This document shows positions 17,480 through 20,000 of a DNA stretch of 20,000 nt, piece by piece; position 1 is the first letter of the stretch; the number at the start of each line of letters is the position of its first letter. The stretch is from Thraustochytrium aureum. Lineage: Eukaryota. Made by a program: the position numbers and the translations under genes. The DNA lies in the NCBI GenBank assembly GCA_012862495.1, contig BLSG01000260.1:66672-86671 (forward strand), written 5' to 3'. The notes under the pieces are model-generated. The model was not told where the DNA came from. It searched no databases and saw nothing but the letters and a program-made list of their open reading frames with translations.

Positions 17480-19754
17480 GGAGTCGTCATCGTGCGCCAC
17501 GATCGGTCACTGCATAGAACCTGCGCCACATAGTGGCCGTGCTCTAGCGACGAGCCTATGTGCCGTGTTATCCCAAACAAGTCGTAAAGCATCGTCGCCG
17601 CGCCCAGGTCGTAGTCCTCGTCTCGGGCCCCGAACATCGGCGTGTCTTCGCCCCCAAACCCGAGGCCCCCGCCGCTGTCGTGGCGAACGAAAGGCGCCAT
17701 GTCCAGTGTCTCTGTTGGGAACTGCACCATTTTGCGCACTTTGTGGCCTGCTGCGTCGAAACGCTTGAGTTGAATCACAAGCAGCTCCGGGAGCCGCCCC
17801 GCGACGAGCGTGATCTTCTTCGTTGCCGATCTGTACGCGTTGCACCGTCCGCACACCCACTGTTCGTTCAGGTCAAGCGCCTCGCTCGTGGTGAACTCCC
17901 GCAAGCACTCTTCAAGGCCGGTGCCCACGCCCAACCCACCGTCGCCGCCCTGGCAGACGATCGGGACGCTCAGCATCAGAAACACATCAAAGCTCGAAGA
18001 GACCGACCTGCACGCCTCGCACTCTAGGCGGGACTCGTACTGGCCTTGGAAGAGGTCGAGGACGAAGGAGTCGGCACGGGACCGGCTCGACTCCCAGGCC
18101 TCCCAGGCCCGGCGCGCCCAGACCTCCTCGAGCTCGACGCTAAGCCCGGGGCTTGATACGAGATCCAGATCCCGCTCGCGCTCCACGTCTTGCTCGACCT
18201 CGTCGAGGTTGGCCATGGGGGACGAAAACTCGCGCCCAGGGCTCGAGTACGAGTCAAAAACGCCTTTGTTGCTCGATCTGCTGTTGCGCCCCAGAGCCGG
18301 CTCGGCTCCTCGTCCCTCGACCCTGTTGGTCTCGTCGTGCAGCGTGTTGAGGAGGTAAACAAGCAGCTCGTTCGCGTCGTGCTGGCGATAGTTGTCAAAG
18401 GGCTCGTGCAGCGCCTTCAGATTGGACACAAAGGCACGAGGCGCCACAACAGAGTGCTGCGAGCTCCACATCATGCGCACCAGCTCTGCGAGTGCAACAA
18501 GGAGGGGCCGAGCACCGCGCCGGGCCGGGACTTACGCCTTCCTTGATCCGCGCGGCGCAAACAGCGGCGAGCCCGTTCAGTTTTTGCTCGTCCACCAGCC
18601 ATTTGACGAACGGCTGCGCCTGGACGAGGCACTGCAAAGCGGCGTTCAGGTAGCACGTGTTGCCGAGGTTTGCCAGCCCGCAGACGCCCAGAGCGACGCT
18701 GCCCACTTGGTTTCCAACATTGACCGCCGCGGCCCCTCTTGCCTCGAGCGTCATCGCGGCCGCTGACTGCGTCGCCTCACCTGACCGGGCACCGCGCAAG
18801 GGCGCAAAGTGCGAGGCAGGCGGTGGCGCTGCGCCTGCGCCTCGCACGCCCACGAGCCCACCGAGGGGTGCGTCGGGCGGGCCTGAGAGAAGCGCCGGAA
18901 AGGCCGGTACGGGGCCCTCAAGCTCGCGCACGCTTTCGCTACTGCCCTTGCGCTTCCGGCCGCTCTCCGAAACTAGGACAACCTCATCATGAAACGGTTC
19001 GCCAGCGGCGGTGCCCCGCGGCCGCTTCACCGAGCTTGAATTTCGCCTTGTCCGGCGGGGGTCGTCGCGCGGCCAGGATCCCATCCTGGCGCCGAAACTC
19101 GACGAGGATGCGCATCTCGTCCCGCTCGGTGCACCATTCGGTCTGCGAGATTGCTCTCTCGCTCACCTGTGGCCGCTGCAGTTCTATCTCGCTCAGATCG
19201 CCGCCGTACAGTCCCCCGTACAGACGGACGCCGGCCGCGCAAGGCGTCGCTGCAGCGTGCTCGCTGCTGACCAGGCGACTTGCTGCGCGCGCCGCCAGAG
19301 CGGCGAGCTGGGCGATCGTCGCAGAGCGGCTCAAGAGCAGGCGCTCCATGCACCCGTCCTGCCACCTGCCGTCGGCGCTGCACGCCACAGACACCGACAC
19401 GATCACCGGGTACACGTCCAGCTCGCACTCGCCGGTCGCCGCGTTCACAACGACCTCTCGCTCGATGGCCGGTCCGCCACCGAACACATTCTGCAGCGCG
19501 GCCCACGTCGCCTCGCTCACCGCGACGTACTCGAACCCCTCCACCAGCCGAGGCCTCAGCGAGCCGTCCGCTTTCACCAGTGCGCCGTTGTCCAGCCTCC
19601 CGACCTCGGCGGCGCCAGCAGCCCCGTCGCCCGCGGCCAGCCAGCGCTTAACGCGCGCCAGCCAGCCCGCAGCCACCAGGAAGTACCTGCTGCCCGCCGG
19701 GCTGCCGCTCGCGCGCGCCGCCAGCAGCGCCAGCAGCTCGCGGCTGCTCGACAT
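17480..19754 (-). CDS. Ubiquitin-specific protease (peptidase C19) with N-terminal DUSP domain, USP4/11/15-like architecture; three frame breaks; 3' end in gap
   Basis: DUSP: YFLVAAGW, LDNGAL, EYVAVSEATW..L...FGGGPAIEREV, ELDVYP. Cys box: GVCGLANLGNTCYLNAALQCL. Also QHDANELL..LL..LH, LFQGQYESRLECEAC, WVCGRC, LPELLVIQLKRF, YDLFGITRHIG...HGHY and DDS. The coding sequence is spread over four frame segments. Confidence 0.92.
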
Positions 19755-20000
19755 CCTCGCGCGCTCGGGCTCCTCTCGCGTTCAGGCTCTGCCCGCCGCC
19801 GGACAGACAGGCAGGCACCGACAGACCAACAACTCGCTCGCGCAGCACACGGCGCAACGCGCTCGCCGAGTGCGCGCGCCGCAGCACATCCGCTCGCTCC
19901 TCGAGACTGCCCGTGCGGCCGCCACGCGCTCGTCCGCCGTCGCCAGGCGCCCGACATCGCCTTTCGTCAGGCATCGCGAGGCGCTCGCCACCGTCTTTCG

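Noticed and set aside
19182..19198. Similarity to the 16-bp minisatellite unit
   Set aside because: A single imperfect match inside USP coding sequence; consistent with chance.
184..19754. Functional gene cluster or alternative genetic code
   Set aside because: The genes have unrelated functions and mixed orientation. TAA, TAG and TGA all serve as terminators, and none occurs in-frame within conserved domains.

Overview
A gene-dense, GC-rich, apparently intron-poor eukaryotic window from a gapped draft scaffold (7 N-runs, about 3.6 kb). The gene style suggests a protist, possibly a thraustochytrid-like stramenopile, but that is inference only. Nine protein-coding genes are supportable: an SDHAF1-type LYR protein, a Core-2/I-branching (GT14/DUF266-like) glycosyltransferase, an ankyrin-repeat protein ending in a CaaX box, a LigB-fold protein, GINS subunit Psf2, a zf-RanBP2 + DH-PH RhoGEF, a flavin-reductase-like protein, a type II membrane sulfotransferase-like protein, and a DUSP-containing USP deubiquitinase. 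There are also a 16-bp minisatellite and (CAGG)n microsatellites. I found no clearly novel system. The main oddities are four single-base frame breaks in two otherwise intact genes (probably homopolymer sequencing errors, though two have GT-AG mini-intron alternatives), some unusual domain or targeting combinations, and an unexplained 3.9-5.9 kb interval with a tRNA-3'-end/TIR-like motif and decayed coding-like sequence.
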